Below, one piece after another: positions 10,359-19,830 of a DNA stretch of 45,840 bases (positions are counted from its first letter, which is position 1; each line of letters starts with the position of its first letter). The stretch is taken from IMG/VR virus record IMGVR_UViG_3300038313_000452, positions 1-45,840 of that record. The stretch is one strand, 5' to 3'. The DNA comes from a virus. Its lineage: Duplodnaviria > Caudoviricetes. A program made the translations under genes and the position numbers. The notes beneath the pieces are model-generated. The model made no database searches. It had not been told where the DNA came from and worked only from the letters and a program-made list of their open reading frames with translations.

Positions 10359-10393
10359 GTCCTTTACCCGGCTGATTTATACGCTTATTTTCG
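10359..10393 (+). promoter_or_regulatory. Putative late promoter GTCCTTT-N20-TATTTTCG
   Basis: One of four intergenic copies with identical 20-nt spacing; precedes S49 protease/capsid operon. Confidence 0.6.
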
Positions 10394-10411
10394 TGAGAAA
10401 TAAGCGTGCAT

Positions 10412-11341
10412 ATGAATTCAGTCACCTCGTTAATCAATATCTTAACCGGCCCCGCGCTCTTCATCCGGCATGATGAGTATATATCGGAGCTGGCTTCCTT
10501 GGTTCCATTTTTTATTACCAAGCAGGAATTGCCGGAGTCAAACTATGAAAAAATTTCGCGGAAAAAACTGAAAGAACTCGATATCGAGGGGAGCATCAAG
10601 GTTACTGATGAATACACGTCTACCGAACTCGACACGAACACGCTCGCTTATCACCACGTTTTCGGTACCATTACGTCGGAGAGTAACTGGCGATTTTCTA
10701 CCAAGGGACTACAAAAAAACCTCTTTGCCGCGGAAGCCAACGAAAATATATCGGGTCACTTCTTGCATATATCCTCCGGTGGCGGTCAAGCCTGGTACCT
10801 CGAACAATTAGCGGAAACCCTCCGGTCGTTGGAAAAACCCGTTCACGCGTTCATTGAACGAGTCTGCGCGTCTGCCGCATATTACATCGCGTCTCAATCT
10901 GATTTTATTTCGGCCGCCACGCCGTTCGACGTGATAGGATCCATCGGAGTGATGACTTCTTACATGGATTTAACCCCTATGCTCGAAAAATGGGGTATCA
11001 AGTTTATAGAAGAATACGGGACCAACTCCGATTTGAAGAATAAAAAATACAACGATCTACGTACCGGGAAACCGGAACAGTATATAAAGGAGGAATTGGA
11101 TCCAATTCGAGACCGGTTCGTTAGCGACGTGAAGCTGGGCCGATCTGAAATAGCCAAGCTCCCGGATGATCACCCGATACTGAGAGGTGAGACGTTTTAC
11201 GCGAATATCGCAACGAAGAACGGGTTAATCGACTCCGTAGAGAATTTCAGCGTCGCGTTAAAACGGACACATGATGCCGCGATCGCGTGGAGCAGTAAAA
11301 AAAATGACAGAAAAAAAGCACTACAGATATTGAATCAATAA
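10412..11341 (+). CDS. S49/SppA (ClpP-fold) peptidase, probable prohead protease
   Basis: ISSGGG, CASAAYYIAS, IGSIGV and GLIDSV motifs; immediately upstream of the putative capsid gene. Confidence 0.9.
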   Translation: MNSVTSLINILTGPALFIRHDEYISELASLVPFFITKQELPESNYEKISRKKLKELDIEGSIKVTDEYTSTELDTNTLAYHHVFGTITSESNWRFSTKGLQKNLFAAEANENISGHFLHISSGGGQAWYLEQLAETLRSLEKPVHAFIERVCASAAYYIASQSDFISAATPFDVIGSIGVMTSYMDLTPMLEKWGIKFIEEYGTNSDLKNKKYNDLRTGKPEQYIKEELDPIRDRFVSDVKLGRSEIAKLPDDHPILRGETFYANIATKNGLIDSVENFSVALKRTHDAAIAWSSKKNDRKKALQILNQ

Positions 11342-11359
11342 CCACTTAACTTTTGAAAC

Positions 11360-13396
11360 ATGTTTAGAAAAAAGTTTTATCAAATCCTTAAAGCCTTAGG
11401 GTTCGTGGATAAAGCCAAAAAAAACGAACTCACGGAGGACGATTGGGTGAAAATTGATGCTGCCTTCCAAGAGAAGTTTGGCACAACTCTTTCCGACGCC
11501 ATGTCAGAAAACGAGGCTGCCGCGTCCAACCAAGCCGACCGTGAAGCTGCTCTCGCTATCATTAACTCTGCTACAGGATCAGCTTCTGAAGAGGATGATC
11601 CCGAAAGTGAAGAGGATGATCCGGAAAATTCCCCGAAAAGAGAGACGGCCACTTCTCTCGAGGATGGTGTTCGCACCATGGCAACGCAACTTAACAACTT
11701 GAGCAATCATAACAGGGAATTGAGAACTCAAGTTGAACGAATGGCCGGCTTGGCCGCTCCTGACCGTTCGACGGAAACTGTAACGCGTAACTTGAGGCCA
11801 CAAGGGCCTGGTCACACCGACACGCACCTGTTTGGTGTCGAGCATCCCATGTTTGATATGAAGAGCCGCTGGAACAAGATTACCCGGAATCCCAAGGAGG
11901 TGAATAACGGATCTCCTTCGAAGGAAGATTTCTTATCGTTCCAACAAGCCACGTACCGGTACGGGTCTTCCTTGGCTTCGAGATACAAGTTTTTGAAAGA
12001 AAACAACATGCTCGGGGAGTTAACCAAGGATGGCTCAACGTTCAACAATGACTTTGACGAACTGTCAAAAGCCGGCCTCGGCGATCAGTACGTGACACTC
12101 CGTCAAGACGCGCTTATCGCCCGCATCATTGCTATTCCTACGCCTTACGATCTGTTCCCCCGTCGTTACGGAATCCAAGATCGCGAACTGATGACTATCG
12201 CTTACTTTGACGAACTGTCGCAAGCCTACCAGGCCGGTCACGTGTTCAAGGGTGGAATGAAACTCGAACCCGAAATGGGATACGTGGACGACGCGATGTT
12301 CAAGACAGAGTTCGGCCCGATGAAAGAAATCGAGCGCATGTATATCGGTTACCTGAATTCCGACAAGTCGGATCCGATGAAATGGTCGATGATCGAATGG
12401 CAATTGCTCAACATGTACAAGGTACTCGTTAACGAGCAAAACACCCGTGTCATCCGGGGTTGCTACGTGAAGCCCGAAACCGGGGTTGCAGGATCCTACC
12501 TGAATGCCGGCACCGGTCTTCTCTATACCTTGCAGCGTTACTACCATGAGAACAAGTTGCTGCCTCACTCTGACGGAGCTTACAACGACTATACCGAATC
12601 CACGATGCTTGATGCTGTAACGGCTTTTATCGAGGACGTGATCGAGGTTCTCGACGAGGATGAGAATTTGGAAAACAAGTTCATCTACCTGAACAAACGG
12701 CACCGGTCGTGGTGGATCAAGAATATTCGTTCTAAATACGGTAAGGATACGGATTTCACCGGCCCCGACAGCTATGCTAACGTGGTTCCGGATTTGGGCG
12801 TGCGCATCAAGTGGGTGCCAAGCCTTGGAAACATCAAGCTGATGTTCATTCAAGAGCATGGCAACTTGCAAGCTCTCGAATTCGTACCCGGCGAAATGCT
12901 GGCCGTCGATTTCGATAAGGCCATGGAATTAATGCACGTGTGGAGCACGTGGAAAGAAGGATTCTCCGGATTCATCGTCGGCCGAGAATTTGCCAGTCCC
13001 ACGGCTCTCAAAGAAAACAACTACTCCATGCAGGAAATCTTCATGAACCGTCCTGCCACGGTACTGTCCGATGGAGCGACTACCGCGGATGCCAGCAAGA
13101 ACTACTGGTTCGTTACCGACGAGAACACGGAAGCTACCGCGTTCACAGATATAACCGGTGCAAAAAAAGGCGTGGTTTATATCATCGAGATTGGCAGTGA
13201 AGACAACCCGACGGCGATCGCGAAAGCCGGTAAGTTTGCTAAAATAACTGCTGCGTGGAACCCTCAAAAAGTGGGCGACTACATCATGGTCATTCTTGAC
13301 AAAGATGGCAACTTCATGGAGTTGGAGCGGCGCGTGAATGAGGTGAGAACCATCAATAAGGAGGCTCAGCCGAACATCATTGGTGGTCGCAAGTAA
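11360..13396 (+). CDS. Putative major capsid protein with N-terminal scaffold-like region
   Basis: 678 aa after protease; acidic/coiled N-terminus; followed by a strong hairpin; assignment by position and composition. Confidence 0.65.
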   Translation: MFRKKFYQILKALGFVDKAKKNELTEDDWVKIDAAFQEKFGTTLSDAMSENEAAASNQADREAALAIINSATGSASEEDDPESEEDDPENSPKRETATSLEDGVRTMATQLNNLSNHNRELRTQVERMAGLAAPDRSTETVTRNLRPQGPGHTDTHLFGVEHPMFDMKSRWNKITRNPKEVNNGSPSKEDFLSFQQATYRYGSSLASRYKFLKENNMLGELTKDGSTFNNDFDELSKAGLGDQYVTLRQDALIARIIAIPTPYDLFPRRYGIQDRELMTIAYFDELSQAYQAGHVFKGGMKLEPEMGYVDDAMFKTEFGPMKEIERMYIGYLNSDKSDPMKWSMIEWQLLNMYKVLVNEQNTRVIRGCYVKPETGVAGSYLNAGTGLLYTLQRYYHENKLLPHSDGAYNDYTESTMLDAVTAFIEDVIEVLDEDENLENKFIYLNKRHRSWWIKNIRSKYGKDTDFTGPDSYANVVPDLGVRIKWVPSLGNIKLMFIQEHGNLQALEFVPGEMLAVDFDKAMELMHVWSTWKEGFSGFIVGREFASPTALKENNYSMQEIFMNRPATVLSDGATTADASKNYWFVTDENTEATAFTDITGAKKGVVYIIEIGSEDNPTAIAKAGKFAKITAAWNPQKVGDYIMVILDKDGNFMELERRVNEVRTINKEAQPNIIGGRK

Positions 13397-13402
13397 CTAC
13401 TG

Positions 13403-13442
13403 TTTACCCGAGAGGTGGTCAATCTAACCACCTCCGGGTAAA
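13403..13442 (+). terminator. Stem-loop after capsid gene (terminator or mRNA-stabilising hairpin)
   Basis: TTTACCCG-A-GAGGTGGT...ACCACCTC-CGGGTAAA inverted repeat; no U-tract on + strand. Confidence 0.55.
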
Positions 13443-13479
13443 TCAAGTTATTGTATCAACGTATAAATCCTTTTGAAAA

Positions 13480-14478
13480 ATGAATTACAAACAAAAAAAA
13501 TACTCGAGGAAAAAAGTGCGTGAAGCGGTTATGCAAACGCAACTTAGATTTCTTCTATTCCTGATGCTAATCGTGGCCATTCCTGCCACGGTCGTGGCAT
13601 TGACGGAAATTGAACACTCCAAGGGAGCGATATCCGTTATTGGTGGTACCACCATGGCCTCGATGATGGCAATAGGTAATATAGAAGGAGTATCGGACAG
13701 GGAAGTGGCCGGCGAGGCTATATCGTACAAGGTATGGCTTATTGAACTGAGTCAGATTGATGACACGGTACCATTCCCAAAACCCAACGCATCCCGGGAG
13801 GTGGGTGCTGTCCCATTGAAGCCGGGGCAGAAACCTCACTACTTCGTGGCGCACGATATCCCAACATACGGGGGAACGGGTGAACGTGGAGATCTAACTA
13901 TTGCCGGCACCAACACCTTCACTATGATAATGGGTGGAGTGCGGGATCAATTGCTTAATTTCCAAGAACAATATGCCGGGGGGAAATTCATCATCATCTT
14001 CCAAGAGTGTGACACGGGTGATCGATTTATCAAAGGTACTCTTTGCAAACCGATGGTCATGTCCAATTACAACGTCGCGAATGACAAGGAGAGTAAATCC
14101 ATCACGTTCACGTTCACCAATCGCTCGATTACTCAATATTACAAGTACACCGGAAGCCTATCCGGGGGTGATCCCGCGCTTCATCCTGCCGGAACAGCTG
14201 CACTTGCTGTCCAACCGGGGGTTGACGTGTACCGGATCCCTGACGGAGCTGCAGCCACGTATGCTATATCGAGCATCACTGGGTTGGCTACTCATGACGA
14301 GGGGAGATATATAACCCTGTTGGGTGAAGGTGGAAGCAACGCGGCGACAATCGCCGAGGCCGCGGGTATAGTCCTCAAAAACGGGGCAACCTGGACGGCC
14401 AAGGCCGGCTCTCAAATAGTTTTCCGTGTTTTCGACACCTCTACGGTTGTAGAAGTATCTCGCGTCCAAACTGTTTAA
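13480..14478 (+). CDS. Structural protein, putative major tail (tube) protein
   Basis: 332 aa, beta-rich Gly/Thr/Ala composition, follows capsid, ends at a terminator; alternative start 13654. Confidence 0.5.
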   Translation: MNYKQKKYSRKKVREAVMQTQLRFLLFLMLIVAIPATVVALTEIEHSKGAISVIGGTTMASMMAIGNIEGVSDREVAGEAISYKVWLIELSQIDDTVPFPKPNASREVGAVPLKPGQKPHYFVAHDIPTYGGTGERGDLTIAGTNTFTMIMGGVRDQLLNFQEQYAGGKFIIIFQECDTGDRFIKGTLCKPMVMSNYNVANDKESKSITFTFTNRSITQYYKYTGSLSGGDPALHPAGTAALAVQPGVDVYRIPDGAAATYAISSITGLATHDEGRYITLLGEGGSNAATIAEAAGIVLKNGATWTAKAGSQIVFRVFDTSTVVEVSRVQTV

Positions 14479-14503
14479 TTCTTCTTTTTTCATGATACTG
14501 TTT

Positions 14504-14538
14504 CCGGGGGCGGGTTCACAGCCCGTTCCCGGTTTTTT
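14504..14538 (+). terminator. Rho-independent terminator
   Basis: CCGGGGGCGGGT-TCAC-AGCCCGTTCCCGG followed by T7. Confidence 0.75.
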
Positions 14539-14550
14539 AAAAAATGAACT

Positions 14551-15156
14551 ATGTATAGCAATAAAGAAAAAATAAAATACCTGAGGTCTCTCGATGCTCC
14601 TAATCAGGCAACGCGGGATTTAGAGTTGTTGAAAAAACTGGATCCGAGGAACGACCAACTTGCCACTTTCGAACACGCTCCTTCCCGGAACTCGGAGCGC
14701 ATCCTCTACGCCCTGCTGGATGTTACCACAGCGGAAATAATTCGCAATAACCGGCGAACCGCTGATTTAGCTACCGAGAAAAAGCGTCTGGCCAAGGAAG
14801 CGGAAGCTGCTGCGGAACAAGAGCGTCTGGCCAAAGAAGCGGAAGAGAAAGCCGATGAAGAAAGGGAACTCCGGGATGCTCTCGACGACGCGGAAACCGA
14901 ACTGGAGCGTTCAGAGGATGAAATCGCTGAACTTGAAGAGAAAGTGGAAACTCTCGAAGAGCAGCTCGAAGAGAAAGAAGCCGAACTGGAGGCTGAAAAA
15001 AAAAGCGAACCAACTCCACCGACCGAGAAAAAGCCAGTAGCGAAAACAACCCCGGCGACCAAAAAGGCACCGGCGTCAAAAGCGACAAACGCCAAAAAGA
15101 AGACGAGTACCCGGCCATCAACTGGAAAAACCTCGAAGACAAAAACGTCCAAATAG
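14551..15156 (+). CDS. Acidic coiled-coil protein with Lys/Thr-rich tail; upstream ORF of a probable -1 frameshift pair
   Basis: 201 aa; RLAKEAE repeated twice; A9 run at 14996-15004. Confidence 0.75.
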   Translation: MYSNKEKIKYLRSLDAPNQATRDLELLKKLDPRNDQLATFEHAPSRNSERILYALLDVTTAEIIRNNRRTADLATEKKRLAKEAEAAAEQERLAKEAEEKADEERELRDALDDAETELERSEDEIAELEEKVETLEEQLEEKEAELEAEKKSEPTPPTEKKPVAKTTPATKKAPASKATNAKKKTSTRPSTGKTSKTKTSK

Positions 15157-15569
15157 CAACCATCATATACAACGATAGGGTAAATACCTATTACGATATG
15201 TTGAAGATGGACGAAATCTTGGATAATAAACCGATGGAAAAGGATGTTATCCGGATGGCCGAGTTGCGGATCCGCAACCTTCAGGCTTTTGAAGAACTTC
15301 AAATATATAACGACTCGGGCAAGTGGAAATACAGGCACCCTCTAATCATCCACATGTCCGAGCGTTTTTTGTTGGCAGAACTCAAACGAAAGGATCCTGC
15401 CGGATTTTTGAAAGAGTACACCAACTGTTCGCACAACGTGAAACGTTACACGTCATATTTGAAAAATCAATCCCGGGTAGATAAACGGGATTCCGATAAA
15501 CGAAATCTACAAAAACATAAAGAAAGAGAAATAATCTTCAAAGATATCATCGCAAATGAAAACAGTTGA
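14997..15569 (+). CDS. Frameshift-accessed extension (ORF-track start 15198)
   Basis: -1 frame is stop-free from 14997 (after TGA 14994-14996) to 15569, with no ATG until 15198. Confidence 0.65.
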   Translation, partial: KKKRTNSTDREKASSENNPGDQKGTGVKSDKRQKEDEYPAINWKNLEDKNVQIATIIYNDRVNTYYDMLKMDEILDNKPMEKDVIRMAELRIRNLQAFEELQIYNDSGKWKYRHPLIIHMSERFLLAELKRKDPAGFLKEYTNCSHNVKRYTSYLKNQSRVDKRDSDKRNLQKHKEREIIFKDIIANENS

Positions 15570-16833
15570 AATATATAACCTCGGGGGACTACCCACTGCC
15601 CCACTCGATAGCTTTCTGGAACTGCAAGAAGATTTTAAAATCCACGATCCCGATAAGCTGGCCAAGCTCCAGATGCTTATCCTAACCCGCGGATTCAAGT
15701 ACGCGTTCAAGGCGTGGAAAGATCCGGAAGGGAAATTATGGATCATCGATGCCCATCAGCGAAAAAAAGCACTTACCGCCCTCCGGAAGGCAGGGTTTGT
15801 CGTTCCGGATATCCCATACGAACCCATTTATGCCGCGGACAAAAAAGAAGCGGTAGAAGAGATCGCTGCATATAATTCCGAGTTCGGGAAAAAGAATCCT
15901 GACACGTTACTTTTTGAAAAATACCAGATCGACACTGACACGCTCGATCGTTTCAATCTTGACTTCAAACCGCACGCTATCCAGTCGCCCGATTTCGGTT
16001 CCGTTATCTCGGATGCCGGGCTGGGAGAGATAAGCGAGGAATCCGAAGAATCTATGCAGCAGCTGGATAATATTTTGGAGAAAGAACCGGTTACCCGGCC
16101 GGGAGATCTGTACCTCCTCGGGGAACATCGATTGCTGTGTGGTGATTGTCTCCGGAGTAGTGACGTGGCAAAATTAATGAATGGTCGACTGGCAGATTGC
16201 ACGGTAACCGATCCTCCTTATAACGTCGCGTACACGGGTGGAACTGAAGACGAGTTGGAGATCCGGAACGATGAGATGAGCAACGATGATTTCCTGATGT
16301 TCATCCGGCAGGCGTTCACCTCAATGTACAACGTGATGAAAGCGGGAGCTCCGATATACGTGTTCCACGCCGATACCGAGGGTGCCAATTTTCGTATCGC
16401 TTTCAAAGAGGCCAAATTCAAATTCGCCCAGTGCCTTATCTGGGTGAAAAATCAATTTGCGATGGGCCGCCAAGACTATCAATGGCAACACGAGCCTATT
16501 TTGTACGGCTGGAAACCGGGAGCTGCTCACACCTGGTTATCCGACCGCAAGCAAACAACTATCTGGAACTTCGAGAGGCCCAAGCGGAACGCCCAACATC
16601 CAACGATGAAGCCGGTGGCGATCATGGCCTACCCCATCCGGAATAGCTGCCCACAACGCGGGATCGTGTCCGACTTCTTCCTTGGATCCGGATCCACCAT
16701 GTTGGCCGCCCAGCAAACCGACAGGATATGCTACGGCATGGAGATAGATCCCCGTTACTGCGATGTTATCGTGGAACGATTCAGGATGATGTTCCCAAAC
16801 GAGAAAATAACCCATATCCCCGCCAATGATTGA
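15556..16833 (+). CDS. ParB-like N-terminal domain fused to N6-adenine/N4-cytosine DNA methyltransferase
   Basis: IIDAHQR ParB-like motif; HRLLCGD, TDPPYN, HPTMKP, DFFLGSGST, EIDPRYCD. Confidence 0.92.
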   Translation: MKTVEIYNLGGLPTAPLDSFLELQEDFKIHDPDKLAKLQMLILTRGFKYAFKAWKDPEGKLWIIDAHQRKKALTALRKAGFVVPDIPYEPIYAADKKEAVEEIAAYNSEFGKKNPDTLLFEKYQIDTDTLDRFNLDFKPHAIQSPDFGSVISDAGLGEISEESEESMQQLDNILEKEPVTRPGDLYLLGEHRLLCGDCLRSSDVAKLMNGRLADCTVTDPPYNVAYTGGTEDELEIRNDEMSNDDFLMFIRQAFTSMYNVMKAGAPIYVFHADTEGANFRIAFKEAKFKFAQCLIWVKNQFAMGRQDYQWQHEPILYGWKPGAAHTWLSDRKQTTIWNFERPKRNAQHPTMKPVAIMAYPIRNSCPQRGIVSDFFLGSGSTMLAAQQTDRICYGMEIDPRYCDVIVERFRMMFPNEKITHIPAND

Positions 16834-17134
16834 AACTGACCAATATATCAGCAAAGTGCGCACTTTCGGAGCTCTTGGCTACGATGCCGGGCGCATTGCC
16901 GACCTGCTCAATCTAACGGGGAAAACGAGGGTAGAACTAATCGTGCGCTTGTCCATTGCCGGTGATGCACTTCGTGTGGCTTATGAAAACGGCCGGGCCA
17001 TCGGCGAGTATAATATCGACGTGGAACTAACCAAGCAAGCCGAACAGGGAGATATTGACGCGGTGGAGACACTCGCCACCCGCTCTCGAGAGCGAAAAAT
17101 AAAGGATCTGAAACGTGAACTGTTCGGTGTATAA
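16826..17134 (+). CDS. Hypothetical protein, possible terminase small subunit-like
   Basis: 102 aa, HTH-like GYDAGRIADLLNL; in the packaging operon. Confidence 0.5.
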   Translation: MIETDQYISKVRTFGALGYDAGRIADLLNLTGKTRVELIVRLSIAGDALRVAYENGRAIGEYNIDVELTKQAEQGDIDAVETLATRSRERKIKDLKRELFGV

Positions 17135-17146
17135 ATCAAAAAAAAG

Positions 17147-17812
17147 ATGAATTACCTGGAGACGCTCGATAAACTTCACCCCGATATCGTCCATCATTTT
17201 TTGCAGACAGGCGAAAGCAAAGGGATATCCGACGAACTGCAACTATTTATCAAACAGTTGCAATACGCCGCCGAGGTGTATGAGTACGAGCGTAATATTT
17301 CAAGAGCCGCGAAAAAACTCCGGGTGCGGATCCTTACCGAACAAAAAATAGACGTGCCGGTTCGCACGTGCAAAGCACGCATCTACGCGGCACTCAACTA
17401 CTTCAACATCGATAACAACGTTCCGGTTAAGGTGTGGGAGAATGACTTCGCGGATAAATACGATGACCTCGCGAAGATGGCCCTTGCCGCTGATGACATT
17501 AAAACAGCCCTCGCCTGTTATCACTCGGCCCGCCAAAGCCGGATAGCCGCGGCCGAAGCATCCGCGCGTGAATCAGACTGGGCACCGGTCTTCCTGATAT
17601 CCCCGGAAATCACCGCGGAGCAAATGGGTTTCGCGAAAGAGTCGCTTAAAGAGATCGCGAAGAAAAACAACGAAGGGTTTTATCTCAACCTTATCGATTC
17701 GCTCCCGGTGGATAAGAAAGAGAAAAAACGTTTGCTGGCCGATGCGGATATCGAGGACGTGGAGATTATTGAAGAGTCGCTAACGGAAGATGGAGACGAA
17801 TACGATGAGTAA
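17147..17812 (+). CDS. Hypothetical protein, candidate terminase small subunit
   Basis: 221 aa helical protein directly upstream of and overlapping TerL. Confidence 0.5.
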   Translation: MNYLETLDKLHPDIVHHFLQTGESKGISDELQLFIKQLQYAAEVYEYERNISRAAKKLRVRILTEQKIDVPVRTCKARIYAALNYFNIDNNVPVKVWENDFADKYDDLAKMALAADDIKTALACYHSARQSRIAAAEASARESDWAPVFLISPEITAEQMGFAKESLKEIAKKNNEGFYLNLIDSLPVDKKEKKRLLADADIEDVEIIEESLTEDGDEYDE

Positions 17813-19562
17813 CCAGGTTGATATATTCGACGAGCGAGCCTCTCGCGTTGAAAGCCATTACATGAACATGGTACAACTTCGTGCGACTGTGGTTGATTCC
17901 AACGTGCTGATCGCGGAGATGGGCCGCGCTACCGGGAAAACGGAAGGCGTGTTCGGTCCGCGTATTATCCGGGTAGCCGACTCGATGCCGGGTGAAGTTT
18001 CATTTCTTGTCCATAAAACCTACGCGGCATTGTTCACGAACGTGTGGCCAAACGTTCAAGGATATTTTTCCCGTCCGGTAGGTGACGGCCGCCGCACGAT
18101 GCTCGAGGAGGGGCAGGACTACATTGTCGGTGCAAGCAAGATCCCCTCGCACTTCAAGCGGCCCCGACGCCCGGTCGCGTACCCCAAGCACTCCATCTTG
18201 TTACGGAATGGTCACCACCTGCAGCTCGTGTCGTCCGAGCAGCCGGAGTCGGTAGCCGGTCAATCCGGAGTGCACGCGTTCATCGAAGAGATGAAACACC
18301 AGAAGGGCGAAAAAGTAAAAACACGGTTATTCCCTGCGTTGCGCGGATCTCCGGCCAGTATTCGGATGAGTCCCTACTACCAAGGCATCACCGGCGTATC
18401 AGACACGGCCCGGGTGGATTTAGGCGAAGACAACTGGTTTGAAGAGTACGAAGACCACGTTAATCAAAAACTGATCAACGAAATCGTTACCGCGGCATTG
18501 CGGGTAAACAAAGCCTTGGTAAATATTTATAATTCCAGAGATAAAGAGCGCAACGAGAAAAACCCGGTAGTCCAAGAAGCCATTCGGCTGTACATCGAAA
18601 AACAACAGAAAATACTCGAGCTGTGGCAACCCCGGATAAATGATATGCGTCGTAACGCCACGTATTACATGCGCGCGTCGAGTTTCGCGAACAAGGATAT
18701 CCTCGGCCCCAAGTTTTTCAAGACACAGATGGAGTCGCTCACGATGGATGAGTTCCTCGTGGCGATTTGCGCGATTCGCAGGAAAGCCGTGGTGGATAGG
18801 TTTTTCGTGAACTACGTGCCGGCAAAACACCAGTTCTCTGATTCCTATAAATACGAGTCAATCTTAAAAATGGATTTGCGAGAGCATTTCCGTCTCACCG
18901 CGTTTTATCTAAAACATTACAACCCCCGAGAAGAGTTGCTGCTTGGTTACGATCCGGGAAACTTCTCGTCGCTGGTGGTCGCTCAAGAGAAAAGCAGCGA
19001 AGATACGCGCGTGATAAAAAACTTCACTTGCTACGCTCCCCGGAACCAAGCAGACCTCGCCCGCGAGTTTAACGACTTTTTCGGTGCGGACGCGAAAAAT
19101 AAAAACCTGAAACTCTACTATGACCGGGCCGGGAACAAACGAAAAGAAGAGTGGGAACAGATATCAACCGACGCGAAAATACTACAACGCGAACTGGAGA
19201 GTTATGGGTTTAGCGTTGAGTTGATGAATGAGGGTCAAGACGTTATATATCATTGGCAGCAGTTCAAACTGCTGGAGTTTATATTCGGCGACCGCTCCAA
19301 CGCGGTCCCCCGTGTTACAATTTGCGAAAACGAGTGCGCGGACCTTTGCAGCTCGATTATGTTATCGCCGAGAAAATACACCGACGGGAAAATTGAACTC
19401 GATAAAACGAGTGAACGAAAAGTGCCGTTGCACTTGCAAGCGGGAATGACAACGCAACTCCCATCGGCTTTTATTTACCTGTTATTTGGACGGTACTCCG
19501 AACGACTACCGAAAGAATATTCACGATTACCGGTTGATTTACCCGGGAATATAACGGTTTAG
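17790..19562 (+). CDS. Terminase large subunit (putative)
   Basis: Walker A GRATGKT, Walker B-like AFIEE, nuclease-like LGYDPG and YYDRAG; 590 aa. Confidence 0.8.
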   Translation: METNTMSNQVDIFDERASRVESHYMNMVQLRATVVDSNVLIAEMGRATGKTEGVFGPRIIRVADSMPGEVSFLVHKTYAALFTNVWPNVQGYFSRPVGDGRRTMLEEGQDYIVGASKIPSHFKRPRRPVAYPKHSILLRNGHHLQLVSSEQPESVAGQSGVHAFIEEMKHQKGEKVKTRLFPALRGSPASIRMSPYYQGITGVSDTARVDLGEDNWFEEYEDHVNQKLINEIVTAALRVNKALVNIYNSRDKERNEKNPVVQEAIRLYIEKQQKILELWQPRINDMRRNATYYMRASSFANKDILGPKFFKTQMESLTMDEFLVAICAIRRKAVVDRFFVNYVPAKHQFSDSYKYESILKMDLREHFRLTAFYLKHYNPREELLLGYDPGNFSSLVVAQEKSSEDTRVIKNFTCYAPRNQADLAREFNDFFGADAKNKNLKLYYDRAGNKRKEEWEQISTDAKILQRELESYGFSVELMNEGQDVIYHWQQFKLLEFIFGDRSNAVPRVTICENECADLCSSIMLSPRKYTDGKIELDKTSERKVPLHLQAGMTTQLPSAFIYLLFGRYSERLPKEYSRLPVDLPGNITV

Positions 19563-19563
19563 T

Positions 19564-19598
19564 GTCCTTTTTTAGGACAATAATAATCGGAAAATTTG
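19564..19598 (+). promoter_or_regulatory. Putative late promoter GTCCTTT-N20-AAAATTTG
   Basis: Same motif and spacing as 10359, 29337 and 34466; upstream of portal operon. Confidence 0.5.
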
Positions 19599-19756
19599 CA
19601 ATAATGGAATGAATTGACATCGCAAAAGCATTTAAAGTATTGATAATCAATAAAAGTATTTTTAAAAAGAAAAACGGGAAGAATTTACACGACGATTGAG
19701 GGAACGAAGCACTGAGTTCCCGGGTTGCGTTGCATCGATCCCGGTTCTCGGAAATA

Positions 19757-19799
19757 TGACAGGGTGGCACCCCCTGCCCCACTGTGTGACAGGGTGGCA
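19757..19799. repeat. 13-bp direct repeat TGACAGGGTGGCA x2
   Basis: Exact copies at 19757-19769 and 19787-19799, 30 bp apart, in the TerL-portal intergenic region. Confidence 0.8.
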
Positions 19800-19830
19800 G
19801 CTATCGGAAAATTCAATAAAACGGCGAAAA

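Noticed and set aside
14706-15338. 210-aa minus-strand Ser-rich ORF
   Set aside because: Antisense shadow of the Glu/Lys-rich + strand genes
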